Source of the DNA: Ramlibacter sp.
GTDB taxonomy: Bacteria > Pseudomonadota > Gammaproteobacteria > Burkholderiales > Burkholderiaceae_C
DNA length: 64,000 bases
Direction of reading: 5' to 3'
Assembly: GCA_019449555.1 (NCBI GenBank)
Contig: JAGRPN010000363.1
Location: 2,884 to 66,883, forward strand
Shown here: piece after piece, positions 61,510 through 64,000 of the stretch
Layout of the letters: every line of letters begins with the position of its first letter
How positions within the stretch are numbered: position 1 is the first letter of the stretch
Notes under the pieces: model-generated
Told to the model about the DNA's origin: nothing
Seen by the model: the letters and a program-made list of their open reading frames with translations, nothing else
Database searches by the model: none
Translations under genes and position numbers: made by a program

Positions 61510-63576
61510 ATGTCCCATCCCTTTCCGACCACGACGCTGCCGGCCCAGGTCGTCAAGCGGGGCGGCGAGCGCGTGCGCTTCGACGCCGGCAAGATCGAAG
61601 CGGCGCTGGAGCGTGCCGGCAGCGCGACCGGCGAGTTCGGCGCCGACGAAGCGGCCCTGCTCACCGCGATGGCCGTCAAGGTGCTGGCCTGGCGCTTCGC
61701 CGGCCAGGCCCCGGCGATCGAGCAGATCCAGGACGTGGTCGAGCAGACGCTGATCGCGGCCAACCACCTCAAGACCGCGCGCGCCTACATCGTCTATCGC
61801 GAGCAGCACGCCCGGCTGCGCCAGGACAGCAAGACGCTGGTCGACGTCGAAGCGTCGATCAACGAATACCTCACCCGCGCCGACTGGCGCGTGAACGCCA
61901 ACGCCAACCAGGGCTACTCGCTGGGCGGGCTGATCCTCAACGTGGCGGGCAAGGTGACGGCCAATTACTGGCTGTCGCACGTGTACTCGCCCGAGATCGG
62001 CGAGGCGCACCGCAGCGGCGACATCCACATCCACGACCTCGACATGCTGAGCGGCTACTGCGCCGGCTGGTCGCTGCGCACGCTCCTGCACGAAGGATTG
62101 AACGGCGTGCCGGGCAAGGTGGAAGCCGGGCCGCCGAACCACATGTCGTCGGCCGTGGGGCAGATCGTGAATTTCCTGGGCACGTTGCAGAACGAGTGGG
62201 CCGGCGCGCAGGCGTTCTCGTCCTTCGACACCTACATGGCGCCGTTCGTGCGCAAGGACGGCATGGCGTACCGCGAGGTGCGCCAGTGCATGCAGGAGCT
62301 GGTCTACAACCTGAACGTGCCCTCGCGCTGGGGCACGCAGACGCCCTTCACCAACCTGACTTTCGACTGGACCTGCCCGGACGACCTGCGCGAGCAGGTG
62401 CCCGTGATCGGCGGGCGCGAGATGCCGTTCATGTACGGCGAGCTGCAGGCCGAGATGGACATGATCAATCGCGCCTACATCGAGGTCATGACCACGGGCG
62501 ACGCGAAGGGGCGCGTGTTCACCTTCCCGATCCCCACCTACAACATCACGCGCGACTTTCCGTGGGAGTCGGAGAACGCAAACTTGCTGTTCGAGATGAC
62601 GGCCAAGTATGGGCTGCCGTACTTCCAGAATTTCGTGAACTCCGAGCTGGAACCCAACATGGTCCGCTCGATGTGCTGCCGCCTGCAGCTGGACCTGCGC
62701 GAACTGCTCAAACGCGGCAACGGCCTGTTCGGCAGCGCGGAGCAGACCGGCAGCATCGGCGTCGTCACGGTCAACTGCGCGCGCCTGGGCCACCTGCACC
62801 GCGGCCGCGAGACCGACCTGCTGCGCGCGCTCGATGCGCTGCTCGAGATCGGCAAGCGCAGCCTGGAGGTCAAGCGCAAACTGATCCAGCGCCTGATGGA
62901 CCAGGGCCTGTTTCCGTACACCAAGCGCTATCTCGGCACGCTGCGCAACCACTTCTCGACGCTCGGGGTGAATGGGCTGAACGAGATGGTGCGCAATTTC
63001 AGCGGCGACGCCGACGACATCACGACCGAACGCGGTCACGCGCTCGCCCTGCGGCTGCTCGATCGCGTACGCGAACGCATCGTCGCGTTCCAGGAAGAAA
63101 CCGGGCACCTGTACAACCTGGAGGCGACGCCGGCCGAGGGCACGACCTATCGCTTCGCGCGCGAGGACCGCAAGCGCTGGCCGCAGATCCTGCAGGCCGG
63201 CAGCGCCGACAAGCCGTACTACACGAACTCGTCGCAACTGCCGGTCGGCTTCACCGACGACCCGTTCGAGGCGCTGGAACGGCAGGAACCGCTGCAATCG
63301 AAGTACACGGGCGGCACCGTGCTGCACCTGTACATGGGCGAGCGCCTGTCCAGCGGCGCGGCGTGCCGCGAGCTGGTGCGCCGCGCATTGACGCGTTTCC
63401 GCCTGCCCTACATCACCATCACGCCGACGTTCTCGATCTGCCCGACGCACGGCTATCTCGCCGGGGAACATGCGTTCTGCCCGAAGTGCGACGAGGCGCT
63501 GCTCGAACGCAAGCGCCAGGCGCTCGCTTCCCAGCATCCCATTGCCAACCCATTGCCCGAGGAGACTGCACGATGA
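61510..63576 (+). CDS. nrdD: Class III (anaerobic) ribonucleoside-triphosphate reductase, catalytic chain lacking the glycyl-radical C-terminus
   Basis: ATP cone (VVKRGG), HIHDL, GYCAGWS, SMCCRL, NLEATPAEG, terminal CPTHG...CPKC. No RxxGY motif. Confidence 0.93.
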   Translation: MSHPFPTTTLPAQVVKRGGERVRFDAGKIEAALERAGSATGEFGADEAALLTAMAVKVLAWRFAGQAPAIEQIQDVVEQTLIAANHLKTARAYIVYREQHARLRQDSKTLVDVEASINEYLTRADWRVNANANQGYSLGGLILNVAGKVTANYWLSHVYSPEIGEAHRSGDIHIHDLDMLSGYCAGWSLRTLLHEGLNGVPGKVEAGPPNHMSSAVGQIVNFLGTLQNEWAGAQAFSSFDTYMAPFVRKDGMAYREVRQCMQELVYNLNVPSRWGTQTPFTNLTFDWTCPDDLREQVPVIGGREMPFMYGELQAEMDMINRAYIEVMTTGDAKGRVFTFPIPTYNITRDFPWESENANLLFEMTAKYGLPYFQNFVNSELEPNMVRSMCCRLQLDLRELLKRGNGLFGSAEQTGSIGVVTVNCARLGHLHRGRETDLLRALDALLEIGKRSLEVKRKLIQRLMDQGLFPYTKRYLGTLRNHFSTLGVNGLNEMVRNFSGDADDITTERGHALALRLLDRVRERIVAFQEETGHLYNLEATPAEGTTYRFAREDRKRWPQILQAGSADKPYYTNSSQLPVGFTDDPFEALERQEPLQSKYTGGTVLHLYMGERLSSGAACRELVRRALTRFRLPYITITPTFSICPTHGYLAGEHAFCPKCDEALLERKRQALASQHPIANPLPEETAR

Positions 63577-63776
63577 CACATGACACCGCACCGGAAATCG
63601 CGATAGCCGAGCGCGCGGCGGCCGAGCCGCAACTGCGCGACGAGGAGCGCCAGCCTTGCGAAGTGTGGACGCGCGTGATGGGCTACCACCGCCCGGTGTC
63701 CAGCTTCAACATCGGCAAGCAGGGCGAGCACGGCGAGCGCCGCTTCTTTTGCGAGGCCGCGCTGCCGGGCCGGTGA
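63573..63776 (+). CDS. Stand-alone NrdD glycyl-radical domain protein (67 aa)
   Basis: [37 protein letters not shown] at 63559-63564, ATGA overlap with nrdD stop, GTGA overlap with nrdG start. Confidence 0.85.
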   Translation: MTHDTAPEIAIAERAAAEPQLRDEERQPCEVWTRVMGYHRPVSSFNIGKQGEHGERRFFCEAALPGR

Positions 63777-64000
63777 CCGCCCCGTTGCGGGTGGCCGGCC
63801 TGACGCCGCTGACCACCATCGACTTTCCGGGGCGGCTGGCGGCGGTCGTGTTCCTGCAAGGCTGCCCGTGGCACTGCGGCTATTGCCACAACCCCGGCCT
63901 GATCGCCGCCGATGCTGCGCCTGCCATGCCATGGCAGCAGGTCCGCGCGTTCCTGCAGCGACGCCGCGGCCTGCTCGATGGCGTGGTGTTCTCGGGCGGC
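63773..64000 (+). CDS. nrdG: Anaerobic RNR activating radical SAM enzyme (5' part, runs off the window)
   Basis: [33 protein letters not shown] with CxxxCxxC motif. Confidence 0.9.
   Translation, partial: MTAPLRVAGLTPLTTIDFPGRLAAVVFLQGCPWHCGYCHNPGLIAADAAPAMPWQQVRAFLQRRRGLLDGVVFSGG

Noticed and set aside
63540-63600. nrdD as a frameshifted pseudogene or assembly error
   Set aside because: Disfavoured, not excluded. The downstream piece has its own RBS and ATGA coupling, a fusion would need an unusually long linker, and the promoter motifs and nrdG look intact.

Overview
High-GC (about 70% by eye) bacterial chromosomal window. Gene content and order suggest a Burkholderiales/Comamonadaceae-like betaproteobacterium (inference). 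I found no rRNA, tRNA, CRISPR array, integrase or transposase. The roughly 47 genes are: alaX-dsbD-CoA-binding-metY, a TPR-methyltransferase, hemE, priA, a NarL-type two-component pair, rsmI/yraN/gmhA/BON, kdpD-like/kdpE/kup, pilU/pilT/yggS, glpK, a FecR/DUF6600-like protein, putR/putA, a CheB/CheR signalling locus, arginase, an orphan sugar-acid-type catabolic cluster with a TTT transporter, a single-chain biotin carboxylase, the pstSCAB-phoU-phoBR operon and an anaerobic ribonucleotide reductase operon. The main observations are: (1) class III RNR is split, with the glycyl-radical (RVMGY) domain on its own 67-aa, translationally coupled gene; (2) an SDR-like gene carries both halohydrin dehalogenase signature motifs (HheD-like) and overlaps the stop codon of a 1543-aa CheB-CheR-PAS-kinase-receiver protein; (3) a palindromic element appears inserted in frame in putA, and a structured 206-bp element between kdpD and kdpE keeps translational coupling at both ends; (4) the hemE-priA spacer holds DnaA boxes and three perfect IHF sites; (5) several readable operators are present (Pho box, FNR box, tandem NrdR boxes, a candidate KdpE box). 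All calls come from motif reading without database searches.
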